64,000 nt of DNA from Vicinamibacterales bacterium (GCA_035575715.1 DATLXN010000020.1:123573-187572); one strand, 5' to 3'. Numbered from the stretch's first letter, positions 36,718 to 47,366 are shown. A program made the numbers and translations. Notes: generated from the sequence alone by a model not told the origin.

Positions 36718-39660
36718 TCACCCAATTCGTCTGCTGCCGGCGGCGAGGATCTCCTGAAGGTAGCGTCCGGTGTGTGAGCCGGGCATCTGCGCCACCTGTT
36801 CCGGCGTGCCCATCGCGATCACCGTGCCGCCGTCTTCGCCGCCTTCGGGCCCCAGGTCGATCAGCCAGTCGGCCACCTTGATCACGTCCAGGTTGTGCTC
36901 GATGACGACCAGCGTGTGGCCGGCCTCGAGCAGCTTGCGAAACGCCGCCAGCAGCTTGGCGATGTCGTCGAAATGCAGGCCGGTGGTCGGTTCGTCCAGG
37001 ATATAGAGAAGCCGTTCTCCGCTATTCGACGTCAGGTGCGCGGCGATCTTGATGCGTTGCGCTTCGCCGCCAGACAGCGTCGTGGCCGGCTGGCCGAGCC
37101 GCAGGTAGCCCAGGCCGATCTCGTCGAGCACTTGCAACCTGCGCAACACTTTCGGCGACCCGTTGAAAAACGTGAGCGCCTCACGCACGGTCATCTCGAG
37201 CACCTGGGTGATCGACTTGTTCTTGTACTTGACCTCGAGCACCTGAGTCTTGAAGCGGCGGCCGTCGCAGTGCTCACACGGCACGAACACGTCCGCGAGA
37301 AACTGCATTTCGACGCGCACTTCGCCTTCGCCCTGGCACGCTTCGCAGCGTCCACCCGGCACGTTGAACGAAAAATGGCTGGCCGTCAGGCCACGCGACT
37401 TGGCGTCCTTGGTCGACGCAAACAACTCGCGGATCGGGTCGAACGCCTTGAGATAGGTGACCGGGTTCGAGCGCGGCGTCCGGCCGATCGGTTGCTGATC
37501 GACCAGCACCACGTCGCTGACCAGCTCGTGACCCTCGAGTCGCGCGTGACCGCCGACTTTGCGGTCCCAGTCGCCCTTGGCCCGCTTCATCGCGGCGTAC
37601 AGGACATCATGCACCAGCGTCGACTTCCCGGAACCGCTGATGCCGGTCACCACGGTCAAGGTATTGAGCGGCACCTGGATGTCGACGTTCTTGAGGTTGT
37701 GCTCGGTCGCGCCAAACAACTTGATCCGCTGCGGCGATCCGCGCCGCCGCGTGGCCGGGACCTGAATGCCCAGCTCGCCACGCAAGTACTTGGCGGTCAA
37801 CGACCGCGGCTCACGCATCAGTTCCTCGAGCGGCCCGGCAAAGATGACGCGGCCCCCGTGCTCGCCCGCGCCGAGGCCCATATCGATGATGTGGTCGGCA
37901 ACGGTGATCATGTCGGCGTCGTGCTCGACGACCAGCACCGTATTGCCCTGGTCGCGGAGCTGTCGCAGGATGGCGATCAGCCGCTGATTATCGCGGGGAT
38001 GCAGGCCGATCGACGGCTCATCGAGCACGTAGAGTGTGCCAACCAGTGCGGATCCCAGCGAGGTGGCGAGATTGATCCGTTGCGCTTCGCCACCGGACAG
38101 GGTCGAGGACAGCCGGTCGAGCGTCAGGTAGTCGAGACCGACATCAGACAGAAAACCAAGCCGGCGCTGAATCTCATTCAGCACTTTGTCGGCAATCGTC
38201 GCTTCCTTCTCGGTCAGCTGTAAGGCGCGGAAAAACACTTGCGCGTCGCGGACCGTCTGCGCCGACACGCGATCGATCGTCAGGCCGCCGACCCGGACGG
38301 CGCGCGCCTCCCGGCGCAGTCGCGTGCCGTTGCAGTCCGGACAAGTCAAATATCCCCGGTAGCGGCTGAGAAAGACGCGGACGTGGACTTTGTATTTCTT
38401 CCGCTCCAACCAGCGGAAAAACCCACGGATGCCCTCGAAGTAATCGTCCCTCGACTTCGCTCGGGACGACCCTGAGCTTGTCGAAGGGTCGCCGTCGCCT
38501 TCGACAATGAAGTGCCGTTCGGTCTCGGAGAGCGCGCTCCATGCGACATCCAGCCGGACGCCGCGCAGCTTGGCCGCTCGCTTCAGCTCGGCGAGATACG
38601 ATCGATAGTGCGGTTTGGTCCACGGCTCGATCGCGCCTTGATTCACCGACTTCGCCTGGTCCGGTATGACCAGGTCCATGTCGAGCTCGATGATGTTGCC
38701 AAAGCCATGGCAGGTGGGGCACGCACCAAACGGGTTGTTGAACGAAAACAGGCGTGGCTGCGGATCTTCGTAGGTAATGTGGCAGCCCCGGCACTCAAAG
38801 CGCTCGGAGAAGACGTGGACGACAGGTGGCTCGGCCATCTCGTAGGCCCACCCCGCACCGCCGCCTTCGCGATACGCCATCTCGATCGCATCGGTCAGCC
38901 GCGCCCGGATATCGCCTTCAAGGCGAATGCGATCGATCACCACCTGAAGCGAGGGCTGATCGGCGAGCAATGCGACGTCGACCTCCTCGAGCCCGACCGC
39001 CTGCCCACCGACCAATAAACGGCCAAACCCTTTCCGCCGCAGGCCGTCGAGCGTGGTTCGGATTGCATTGACCGAGCCCGCGCGTGGCGCGGACACCGCA
39101 CCTGCTCCGTCATCCGCGTCGTCTTCATCCTCCGCGGATCGCTCGACTGATGCGTCGGCGGACATTTCGACGATCGGCAATTCGAACCCGACAATCAATC
39201 GCGTCCCAGCGGCCAGTCCCAGAAGCTGCGTGGCGACCACTTCCGCGGTCTCGCGAATAACTTCCTGCCCGCACTGCCGGCAGAACGTCCGCCCCACGCG
39301 CGCAAACAGCAGCCGCATGTAATCGTGGATTTCGGTGACCGTGCCGACCGTCGACCGCGGATTGCGAACGCTATTTTTCTGGCGGATGGCGATCGACGGG
39401 CAGATACCCTCGATGCTGTCGACATCGGGCTTTTCCATGCGCTCGAGGAACTGGCGCGCATACGCCGACAGCGACTCGACATACCGCCGCTGACCTTCGG
39501 CGTAGACGGTATCGAACGCGAGAGACGACTTCCCCGACCCGCTGACCCCGGTGATCACAATCAGTTTGCCGGTCGGCAAACTGACGTCAACATTCTTCAG
39601 GTTGTGGGTGCGGGCGCCGCGGACGACGATGGCGCCTGACTCGGGCGCGGCCGGCTGCAT
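36718..39660 (-). CDS. uvrA: excinuclease ABC subunit A
   Basis: Two ABC modules ([14 protein letters not shown] and [11 protein letters not shown]), LSGGEAQR x2 and zinc modules (CxxC pairs). I prefer the start at [23 protein letters not shown] (39660). Confidence 0.9.
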   Translation of the reverse strand: MQPAAPESGAIVVRGARTHNLKNVDVSLPTGKLIVITGVSGSGKSSLAFDTVYAEGQRRYVESLSAYARQFLERMEKPDVDSIEGICPSIAIRQKNSVRNPRSTVGTVTEIHDYMRLLFARVGRTFCRQCGQEVIRETAEVVATQLLGLAAGTRLIVGFELPIVEMSADASVERSAEDEDDADDGAGAVSAPRAGSVNAIRTTLDGLRRKGFGRLLVGGQAVGLEEVDVALLADQPSLQVVIDRIRLEGDIRARLTDAIEMAYREGGGAGWAYEMAEPPVVHVFSERFECRGCHITYEDPQPRLFSFNNPFGACPTCHGFGNIIELDMDLVIPDQAKSVNQGAIEPWTKPHYRSYLAELKRAAKLRGVRLDVAWSALSETERHFIVEGDGDPSTSSGSSRAKSRDDYFEGIRGFFRWLERKKYKVHVRVFLSRYRGYLTCPDCNGTRLRREARAVRVGGLTIDRVSAQTVRDAQVFFRALQLTEKEATIADKVLNEIQRRLGFLSDVGLDYLTLDRLSSTLSGGEAQRINLATSLGSALVGTLYVLDEPSIGLHPRDNQRLIAILRQLRDQGNTVLVVEHDADMITVADHIIDMGLGAGEHGGRVIFAGPLEELMREPRSLTAKYLRGELGIQVPATRRRGSPQRIKLFGATEHNLKNVDIQVPLNTLTVVTGISGSGKSTLVHDVLYAAMKRAKGDWDRKVGGHARLEGHELVSDVVLVDQQPIGRTPRSNPVTYLKAFDPIRELFASTKDAKSRGLTASHFSFNVPGGRCEACQGEGEVRVEMQFLADVFVPCEHCDGRRFKTQVLEVKYKNKSITQVLEMTVREALTFFNGSPKVLRRLQVLDEIGLGYLRLGQPATTLSGGEAQRIKIAAHLTSNSGERLLYILDEPTTGLHFDDIAKLLAAFRKLLEAGHTLVVIEHNLDVIKVADWLIDLGPEGGEDGGTVIAMGTPEQVAQMPGSHTGRYLQEILAAGSRRIG
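38445..38490. repeat. REP-like double hairpin lying in frame inside uvrA
   Basis: gtccc-tcgacttcgctc-gggac followed by gaccct-gagcttgtcga-agggtc. In the uvrA frame it encodes ..[15 protein letters not shown]... The other frames give [15 protein letters not shown] and [13 protein letters not shown], peptides typical of translated REP elements. Confidence 0.6.
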
Positions 39661-39734
39661 GGTAGTTCGCTGACTGAGTGCTACAGGCGCGGCCGATGCC
39701 GCCCCTGGTAACATTTCATCGTATCAGAAACGAC

Positions 39735-40601
39735 CTACCGCACCGTCTTACGAGAGGACGATGCGGCGGCGCCCGAAGACCCGGTGCATTCGATCATCGT
39801 CGGCGAGGGCGACTCCTGCAGCGAGATGCCGGTGCGCAGGAAGTCGGCAGACTGCCAGGGTTTTGAGGCATCCGGACAGCCTTGAACGATGACGGTGGTC
39901 GCCTCGGCATCCGTACCGTCGTGTCCCCAGTTGTAGAGCCACTCAGCGTCGCGCTGCAGCAAACGCACGCAGCCGTGGCTGCCGGCGCGACCGGGCAGCG
40001 AATATTGATGAAAGGCAATCCCCCGGGTCGGAATGAAGTTGAAGTACCACTCGAGGTACCAGGAGGGGTCGACCGAGCTGGTGTGACCCCGTGAGCGCCA
40101 CGACATTTCGAACAGGCCGGCGGGTGTCTTGCCGCCTTCACCCGTGCTGACTGGACCCCAACGCACGAGTTGGCCGAACTCATATGCGCCGAAGGCCTGC
40201 GCCGCCTGGTCGACCACGATGGTCTGCGCTGTTGAGGCTGCCCAGCGATATTCCTGCGGGAACGGACTGAACACCAGCTCATCGTCTGACCACGCCGCTG
40301 GCATGACCACGGCGTTGAGACGTTTTAGACGCGGACCGTCGATGCGATTGAGCTTTTCCAGTAGAGCGATCTGGGAGGCGTTCAGCCCCTCCAACCGCGA
40401 GGGCACCGCCGCATTCGAGGAAACAAGGGTGCTCGCTTTGCGAATCCGACGTTGCGCGGCGCGCGATTCGATGACAAACGACGCGCCGTTGGGCGCGACG
40501 ATCGCGTCGGGCGCGAGAGTTACGGACGCCAGCTCTTGCGCAAAGCTGGGGCTTGGGAGTGCGGCGAGTAGAAAAGTGACGAGCCAGAATGATTGCTTCA
40601 T
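39735..40601 (-). CDS. L,D-transpeptidase (YkuD-fold)
   Basis: Signal peptide MKQSFWLVTFLLAALPSPSFAQ and catalytic block GIAFHQYSLPGRAGSHGCVRL. Confidence 0.85.
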   Translation of the reverse strand: MKQSFWLVTFLLAALPSPSFAQELASVTLAPDAIVAPNGASFVIESRAAQRRIRKASTLVSSNAAVPSRLEGLNASQIALLEKLNRIDGPRLKRLNAVVMPAAWSDDELVFSPFPQEYRWAASTAQTIVVDQAAQAFGAYEFGQLVRWGPVSTGEGGKTPAGLFEMSWRSRGHTSSVDPSWYLEWYFNFIPTRGIAFHQYSLPGRAGSHGCVRLLQRDAEWLYNWGHDGTDAEATTVIVQGCPDASKPWQSADFLRTGISLQESPSPTMIECTGSSGAAASSSRKTVR

Positions 40602-40766
40602 TACGACTACCCCGCGTTAGTGGAACCGGCCAACACGGAGTGATAGTCCAATAACCGTGCCTAAATTCCGTGCAGTCTGGCGTTCGAGTTGGCATCGTCG
40701 ATGCAAGGATGGGAGAGGCGCCTCGCTCGGTAGGGACGAATCCTTCGGGCCCGTGTCGGCGTCATA

Positions 40767-40820
40767 TACCTGTCCCGGCAGTTCTGGACGTAGTACCTGT
40801 CCCGGCAGTTCGGGACGTAG
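40767..40820. repeat. 2 x 27-bp tandem repeat, each unit containing a hairpin, upstream of the OMP gene
   Basis: tacctgtcccggcagttctggacgtag (40767-93) and tacctgtcccggcagttcgggacgtag (40794-820). The core is gtcccg-gcagtt-cgggac. The repeat ends 22 nt before the ATG at 40843. Confidence 0.8.
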
Positions 40821-40842
40821 ATTGGACAAGGAGTCCTTTGTA

Positions 40843-41475
40843 ATGACCTCATCAATGGCGAACGGCCTACGTGCAGTAGTAATAGCGCTCGGACTCTTCG
40901 GTGCGGCGACCCCCGCATCCGCGGATTGGCTGTTGACCCCGTACGTCGGTGTGACGTTCGGCGGCAACGCAAACTTCGGTGACGTGGGCGACTTCGAAGA
41001 CAACTTCGAGAAGCGCGTCACTTTTGGTGGCAGCGCGGCCTGGATGGGCGCCGGGATCATTGGATTCGAAGCAGACCTCGGCGTCACGCCGAACTTCTTT
41101 GGGGACACCGCTGGCCAGGGCAATTTCGATTTCGGCGACAACAACGTCACGACGTTAATGGGCAACCTGATCGTCGGCGCGCCCATTGGCGGGACGACTG
41201 GCAAGAGCTTCCGTCCCTATGGTTCGGGAGGCATTGGCCTGCTCCGCACCAACGTGGACGGTGGCAGCCTGTTCGACGACTTGAGCACCAATGAGCTGGG
41301 CTTAAACATCGGCGGCGGCGCGCATTTCTTCTTCTCTGACAATGTCGGCCTGCGTGGCGACGTCCGGTATTTCCGTGGCCTGCAAAAGGGCGACGACGGC
41401 GGCGACGATTTCGACCTCGAGGACTTTGACTTCTGGCGCGGAACGATTGGCGTGACCTTCCGCTTCGGCGGCTAA
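40843..41475 (+). CDS. small outer-membrane beta-barrel protein (OmpW/OmpA-barrel-like)
   Basis: MTSSMANGLRAVVIALGLFGAATPASA signal peptide, alternating beta-strand pattern and terminal ..GTIGVTFRFGG (aromatic near the C-terminus). AAGGAG lies 9 nt upstream of ATG 40843. Confidence 0.75.
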   Translation: MTSSMANGLRAVVIALGLFGAATPASADWLLTPYVGVTFGGNANFGDVGDFEDNFEKRVTFGGSAAWMGAGIIGFEADLGVTPNFFGDTAGQGNFDFGDNNVTTLMGNLIVGAPIGGTTGKSFRPYGSGGIGLLRTNVDGGSLFDDLSTNELGLNIGGGAHFFFSDNVGLRGDVRYFRGLQKGDDGGDDFDLEDFDFWRGTIGVTFRFGG

Positions 41476-41497
41476 CACGCTCTGAGCGGCGAACTCC

Positions 41498-41540
41498 AAG
41501 GCGGAAGGAAGATGGTTCTTCTTTCCGCCTTTTCTTTGTC
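41498..41540 (+). terminator. rho-independent terminator after the OMP gene
   Basis: aaggcggaaggaaga-tggt-tcttctttccgcctt forms a 15-bp stem with one mismatch. It is followed by ttctttgtcc. Confidence 0.7.
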
Positions 41541-41550
41541 CATTCTCCCG

Positions 41551-41576
41551 TCTGCGTAATCTGAGTAATCTGTGGA
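41551..41576. repeat. TCTGNGTAA 9-mer repeat directly upstream of and overlapping the egtB start
   Basis: tctgcgtaa tctgagtaa tctgtgga. This is the reverse complement of the CAGATTAC unit seen at 15191-15226. gtaatctgtgg (41565-41575) is the reverse complement of ccacagattac (15190-15200). Confidence 0.6.
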
Positions 41577-42936
41577 TGTGACGACCAGCAGCACCGCAAT
41601 CGCCCGGGCGGCGGCCATTCAGTGGTACCAAAAGAATCGTGTGCGCACAGCGCAACTGTTCGACCTGCTGACCGACGAAGCGTATTACGCGCAACCGATC
41701 TCACTGCGCCACCCGATCGTGTTCTACGAGGGCCACCTCCCCGCATTCAGCTTAAACACGTTGGTGAAGAAAGCCCTGCACCGCCCCGGCCTCGATGAGC
41801 ACCTGGAGCGCCTGTTCGCCCGCGGCATCGATCCGGACGAGGCCTCCGATGCGTCGGGCAAACCCTTCGCCTGGCCCGAGCGCGGACGAGTCAAGGAGTT
41901 CGTCGCCGCGGCCGATGCGTTGGTCCTTGACGCACTGGCTCATGCCGACCTTGAAGTGACCGGTGATCCACTTCTCGATCGGTCCGACGCCGTGTTCACG
42001 ATCCTCGAACACGAAGCGATGCATCAGGAAACCCTGCTCTACATGTGGCATCGTCTGCCATTCGAACAAAAGCGGAGGCCGGATTATTACCGGGTCGTCG
42101 GCACCGGCACTGGCACCTTGCCCGGCACCGGTGGCGGCAACACGCACGACGAAGTCATGGTCCCGGCGGGTGCCGCTCGCCTCGGCGCCACGCGCGGCGA
42201 GATCCCGTTCGGGTGGGACAACGAGTTTGGCTCAGTCGACCTCGCGGTCGAGAGTTTTGCGATCGATCGGCGCAACGTCACCAACGCCGACTTCCTCGCC
42301 TTCGTCAATGACGGCGGCTACCGCCGTAGCGAATTGTGGACCTCGGACGATTGGCAGTGGCTCCAGGAACACCGCGTACTGCACCCGGCGTTCTGGGAAC
42401 GCGACGGCGAGTCGTGGCAATGGCGCGGCATGTTCGAGCGCTTCCCGCTCCCGCCGGAGTGGCCGGTCTATGTCAGTTACGCGGAAGCGAGCGCCTATGC
42501 GCGGTGGCGCCGGCGCCGCCTGCCGACCGAGGCCGAGTTCGACCGCGCAGCATTCGGCTCGCCCACCGGCGACGCGCGCCGGTTTCCGTGGGGCAATGAC
42601 GCGCCGACCGCCGCGCACGGCGTCTTCGATTTCACCACATGGGATCCGCAACCGGTCGGCAGCCACCCGCGCGGCCGCTCGGCATGGGGCATCGACGATC
42701 TCGTGGGCAACGGCTGGGAGTGGACCTCGTCGATCTTCCGGCCGTTTCCCGGCTTTGCCGCGAGTGCGTCGTATCCCGAATACTCCGCTGATTTTTTCGA
42801 CGAATCACATTACGTGATGAAGGGCGGCTCCCCTGCGACCGCGCAGGAGTTGCTGCGGCCAACGTTCCGCAACTGGTTCCGGCCGCGCTATCCCTACGTC
42901 TACGCCACGTTCCGCACCGTGCGCGAGGATCTGTGA
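41572..42936 (+). CDS. egtB: ergothioneine biosynthesis sulfoxide synthase (DinB-like plus FGE-sulfatase domains)
   Basis: N-terminal DinB-type region (HPIVFYEGHLPAF, EHEAMHQETLLY) and C-terminal FGE-like region (WDNEFG, LVGNGWEWTSS, MKGGS). It is followed, with a 4-nt overlap, by egtD. GTG start. Confidence 0.85.
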   Translation: MDVTTSSTAIARAAAIQWYQKNRVRTAQLFDLLTDEAYYAQPISLRHPIVFYEGHLPAFSLNTLVKKALHRPGLDEHLERLFARGIDPDEASDASGKPFAWPERGRVKEFVAAADALVLDALAHADLEVTGDPLLDRSDAVFTILEHEAMHQETLLYMWHRLPFEQKRRPDYYRVVGTGTGTLPGTGGGNTHDEVMVPAGAARLGATRGEIPFGWDNEFGSVDLAVESFAIDRRNVTNADFLAFVNDGGYRRSELWTSDDWQWLQEHRVLHPAFWERDGESWQWRGMFERFPLPPEWPVYVSYAEASAYARWRRRRLPTEAEFDRAAFGSPTGDARRFPWGNDAPTAAHGVFDFTTWDPQPVGSHPRGRSAWGIDDLVGNGWEWTSSIFRPFPGFAASASYPEYSADFFDESHYVMKGGSPATAQELLRPTFRNWFRPRYPYVYATFRTVREDL

Positions 42937-43901
42937 TCACCGGCCCGACAACGCTCAACGCCGCAGAGACGCTGGCGGCGGAAGTCGGTTACTACCTGAC
43001 GCAGACACCGCGCCAGCTGCCGTCGCGGGCGCTCTACGACACGCTCGGCTCGGCCCTCTTCGACGCGATCTGCCATCTGCCGTGGTACCCGGTCACGCGG
43101 GCCGAGCGCCGATTGATTGGCGAGTGCCGCACGGCAATTCTCGACGCCGCCGGACGCCCGGCGCGGGTCATCGAGTTGGGTCCCGGCAATGGCGACAAGC
43201 TGGATCTGTTGCTCGGGCCGCTTGACCACCCGCATGGCATCACCCATGTCGACCTCGTCGACGTCTCGCCCTCGGCGCTGTCTGCGGCGACGCGATTGAT
43301 CAGTGAGGGCCGCCACCTGACCGTCGCCCCGCACGCCTATCGTTACGAAGACGGGCTCGCGCGCGCCGTCTCCAGCCGCGCCGATGATCGGCCCGTAGCG
43401 GTCATCTTCCTGGGATCCAACATCGGTAATTTTGACCCGCCCGGCGCGACGTCGTTCCTCGAAACCATTCGGTCATCGCTGCGCGCAGACGATGCGTTGG
43501 TGATTGGCGCCGACCTGGTCAAGCCGGAACGCGATTTGGTCCTGGCCTACGACGATCCGCTCGGCGTGACAGCGGCGTTCAATAAAAACCTGCTCGTCCA
43601 CCTCAATCGCGAGCTGGCTGCGACGTTCGACATCTCGCGCTTCGCGCATCGCGCCTTGTGGAACAGCGCGCAGTCACGCGTCGAGATGCATCTCATCAGT
43701 GATGGCCGGCAGAGCGTCGAGATTCCGAAGGCGGGCGTTGCGTTTGACTTGCGCGCCGGCGAGTCGATCTGGACCGAGAGCTCCTACAAGTACGAGATCC
43801 GCACCTTCGAAGCGATGTTGCGCCGCGCCGGCTTTACGCCGGCGCAGCACTGGATCGATCGCGAAGGTCAGTTTTTATTGGTCGCCGCCCGGGCCAGTTA
43901 A
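42933..43901 (+). CDS. egtD: L-histidine N-alpha-methyltransferase
   Basis: LYDTLGSALFDAICHLPWYPVTRAE, IELGPGNGDK, FLGSNIGNF and ESSYKY are EgtD/Methyltransf_33-type blocks. Confidence 0.85.
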   Translation: MITGPTTLNAAETLAAEVGYYLTQTPRQLPSRALYDTLGSALFDAICHLPWYPVTRAERRLIGECRTAILDAAGRPARVIELGPGNGDKLDLLLGPLDHPHGITHVDLVDVSPSALSAATRLISEGRHLTVAPHAYRYEDGLARAVSSRADDRPVAVIFLGSNIGNFDPPGATSFLETIRSSLRADDALVIGADLVKPERDLVLAYDDPLGVTAAFNKNLLVHLNRELAATFDISRFAHRALWNSAQSRVEMHLISDGRQSVEIPKAGVAFDLRAGESIWTESSYKYEIRTFEAMLRRAGFTPAQHWIDREGQFLLVAARAS

Positions 43902-44060
43902 CACAGGACCCGACGGGCACGACCGCGGCGCGTGGGACCCGCCCTGCGGGCGGGCACGACCGCTTGGCGGCGGGACCGGCGGCGCTTCGCGCGCCGGCAG
44001 GACCTCGCCGTTCGGCTCGGTCACCGCACCCGGCGCCTGGCGCCCGGCATTCAGCACACC
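43902..44060. repeat. GC-rich REP-like element cluster between convergent genes
   Basis: gggaccggcggcgcttcgcgcgccggcaggacc is a palindrome closely related to the right arm of the 5201-5371 element. There are further gggcacgaccgc direct repeats. Confidence 0.5.
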
Positions 44061-44073
44061 GCACGTCTAGCGA

Positions 44074-47000
44074 TCAACGCCACATCACACGGAACCCGAA
44101 CTGAATCTCACGTGGCGCGCGCGTGCCTGTCAGCTGGCCAAATCGACCTGCGGAAGTGCACGTGAGATCAGCAGCGGACGTGCAGGTGTTCTGGATCGTC
44201 CCCGGATCGAATTGCGTCTTGTTGAATGCGTTGATGAAGTCCGCGCGGAACTGCAGGCGCAGGCCTTGAGCGGCGTACCAGTTCTTCGAAAGTGTAATGT
44301 CCCACTGATGCACTCCGGGTAAGCGGAAGATCGCGCGACCCGTGGTGCCGTAGGTACCGTCAGCGGGTGAGGCAAACGCGGCCGGGTTGAACCAATAGAC
44401 GCCGCCAGGAACGTTCGCTGGCAACCCGGCCAAGGGGTCGCCTTGCTGATTGACACGAATGCCGCGGCGGTTGCCGTTGGTGCTGCCGTTCACCACTCGC
44501 GAGATCGGTGGACCGGACCACATCTGCGTGATGCCGGCCACCTGCCACCCGCCCAATGTGGCCCGCGCCAGGCCGTTCCCTTCCCGGAAGAACGGCAGTT
44601 CATACACGTAGTTGAACGTCAACACATGGGTGCGATCGCTCCGCGCGATGGCATACTCCGCGGCCAAGTCGAGTGGGTTCTGGGGCAGGTCGACCGCGTC
44701 GCGATCATTCGTCGCATCGGTCTTGGTGCGACTCAACGTGTAGGCGACGCTGAGCAACCCGGCCCGCCCATGGTCATGACGGAAGCTCGCCAGCAGGCCG
44801 TTGTAGCGCGACCTGGCGGTCGTCTGCCGGAGATTAATGCCGCCGTAGCCCTGATACGGCCGCGCCTGATTGACGACACCGATCCGCACGACGTCCTGGA
44901 CCTGGGCCTGGTTGATATCGACAGGCTGAATCAGATTGTCGCCGGCCGAGCCGAGATAGCCGATGTCGATCATGCCTCGCTTGTAGAGTTCGCGCTGGAT
45001 GCCGACGTTCCACTGCTGAATACGCGGTGTTTCGAACGTATCACTGGTGGCGATCAAGCTCTGCACGGGCCGGGTCGCGGCCGATCCGGCCCCCGGGTTC
45101 GACAATTGCGGATTCAACACCAACGGCGTTGAGACGAACGGCGGATTAACAAACGCGTTCTGCAGAAAGATCCCGGTAAGCACCTGGTCGTAATACACCC
45201 CGTAGGCGCCGCGCGCGATTGTTTTACCGTTCGAGAACAGGTCCCATGACAGGCCGACGCGCGGCTGGAGATTGTTCTTGTCGGTGCTGTAAATCGCGCG
45301 TCCATGACGGGAATTCTGCCCCGCGACGACAATGCCGTTGAGCGGATCGCCGGTCCCGACGACCACCAGTCCGGCCGCGTTGACCTGTGCCGCCCGCGCT
45401 GCGCTATACAGCGTCGGATCGAAGTTGGTCAGGATGTCATTGGCGTCTTTGACCGGCGGATAGAGCGCGTAGCGCACACCGTACTCGAGCGTCACGTTCG
45501 GCGCGAAGCGCCACGCATCCTGGACGAAAAACTCGTTGCGATTGACGCGAATATTCGCATCCACCTCGATCGCCGGTTCGGTGTACTCGCAGTTGGTGCC
45601 GCAGCTGCCGTCCCGGTTGCCTCGCAGGAAGTGCTGGAAGGCGGTGAACCCGCCTCCCGCACGGAAGCTGAAGCTCCCTTGGGTGCCGCTGCCGGAAATC
45701 TCGTTCTTCTGTTCGAACGTCACCAACATTCCCGCCTTGTACGAGTGGCTGCCACGCTGCCAGGAGAGGTTGTCGGTGAAGCTCAGATTCTTGTAATCGT
45801 TGTCGAATAACTGGTTCGCGCCGATGGCGGAGAGGATACCCGGCAGTTGTATGAACGGAATCAGGCCATTCCGGTTCTCCGGAAACAGCTCCGGAATGGT
45901 GATGCCGTAGGAAGTGCGTGTGTTGCGCGCGTTGTCGCCATACTGCGAGGAGATGGCGTTACTCGAGAATTGAATCGATGCTTCGTTCAGAAGGTTCGAC
46001 CGGATCGTGCTCGTCAACTGCGCCACGAAAATCTGACCAGGGACGTCAGTCAGTGACGTCGCCACGTCGGGCACTGCGGTATTGAAAAAGAGCCCGCCGA
46101 CTTCGGTGGTCTTGGATAAATCGTGGGTGTATCGTCCGGTCAGCCGCGAGCGGTCGTTCAGTTGCCAGTCGACTCGGATCACTTCCTGACGGGTGTTTTG
46201 CCGGTTCGGAATGGAGTGCAGGAAACTGCCCGCTCCGGTATTCGGCGCAGGCCAGGCTTGCAGCAGGCGAACGGCATTCGGATCGCGGTCCGCCGGGGCG
46301 ACGTAGTTCGCATTCAACGGGTCGGTCAGCCACGCCGGATCAGGCACCAGCGCTGACGCATCGGATGGCTTGCTGATCTTCCGCCACTCCTGGGACCAGA
46401 AGAAAAACACGCGGTCCTTCACCACCGGGCCACCCAACGTGTAGCCGAAATTGTTGTAGTCCAGCGGCACCGGGTTGTCGCGGATCAGCGGCGCCGAGCT
46501 CTGCTTCCGGAAAAAACTATTCTCGTTGAACTTGTCGTCCCGATAGTACTCGTAGCCGCTGCCGCGAAACACATTGCTGCCCGACTTGGTGATGACGTTG
46601 ATGATGCCGCCGCCGCTGCGTGGCCATTCGGCGTTGTAGCCGCTGGTGATGATCTTGAACTCCTCGACGAGTCGAGGGTGGGCGTGGCCAGCAGCGTGAC
46701 GTTCGATCCGGTGTCCACAATCGACGCCCCGTCGACGAGCCAGTTCACGGAGTTGCGCCGATTGCCGCCGATCGACAGGCTGACGGTGCTCGCCAGACCG
46801 ATGCCGACTTCATCGGGCAGCGACGAGCTCACGCCGGGCACCAGGGTGGCGAGCTGCACGAAATTGCGATTGTTGAGCGGAAGCTCGCCGACCTGTGTCG
46901 CGCCCATCAGGTTCTGCACTGCCGAGGTTGTCTGAATCAGCGAGGTGGCCCCGACCACTTCGACGACCTCCGCCAACTCGCCGACCGCGAGCGATCCATC

Positions 47001-47315
47001 CACTTGCACCCTGTCGTTGACGTGCAGTTCGACGGCCCGAGCGCTGTGCGTCTTGAACCCTGACAATGTGAACGTGACGTCATACGTGCCGATCGGCAGG
47101 TACGAAATCGCGAAACCGCCGTCCTCCGCCGTGGTGGCTTCCTTGGTGAGGCCGGTCTGTTGGTGTCGAGCCACCACGGCAACCCCGGGTAGGACGCCAT
47201 CGGTCTGGTCGGTAGCCTTGCCAACAATGGTGCCAGTGGTTTCCTGGGCGCGGGATAACGACGGTGTGACAAGACACAGGGTAAACAGGCTAACCAGGAG
47301 ATAACGGGTGCGCAT
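44074..47315 (-). pseudogene. TonB-dependent receptor with N-terminal CarboxypepD_reg domain, interrupted by a 1-nt frameshift
   Basis: The upstream ORF carries a signal peptide and TGTIVGKATDQTDGVLPGVAVVARHQQTG... It degenerates after ..TLLATPTLDS. The neighbouring frame continues VEEFKIITSGYNAEWPRSGGGIINVITKSGSNVFRGSGYEYYRDDKFN and runs to a terminal ..FGFRVMWR. The switch lies in ctcgacgagtcgag at 46663-46676. Confidence 0.75.
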
Positions 47316-47366
47316 AACGCTCCTTTTCGAGCGCAAGGGTAACAGAGATGTCCGCGCTGTGACGTC

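Noticed and set aside
36895-38223. 442-aa plus-strand ORF, along with similar long ORFs at 4004-4846, 9291-10244, 12718-13602, 22577-23572, 27536-28639, 30648-31709, 31234-32277, 59211-60791 and 61525-62667
   Set aside because: All lie antisense to, or out of frame with, genes that have strong family motifs (uvrA, mutase, ACAD, rpsA, decarboxylase, tdk, htrA, mscS, tape measure). Their translations are Arg/Asp/His/Gly-rich with no motifs. In high-GC DNA the shadow frames rarely contain stops.
40657-40842. Upstream extension of the OMP ORF, and the antisense ORF 40617-41204
   Set aside because: The extension translates the 27-bp tandem repeat (CPGSSGRSTCPGSSGR). A signal peptide with a good Shine-Dalgarno sequence begins at 40843. 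The antisense ORF has no protein-like features.
46663-46676. Programmed -1 ribosomal frameshift in the TonB-dependent receptor
   Set aside because: There is no slippery X XXY YYZ heptamer and no obvious downstream pseudoknot. A one-base indel (mutation or sequencing error) is the simpler explanation, so it is kept as a pseudogene call with a caveat.
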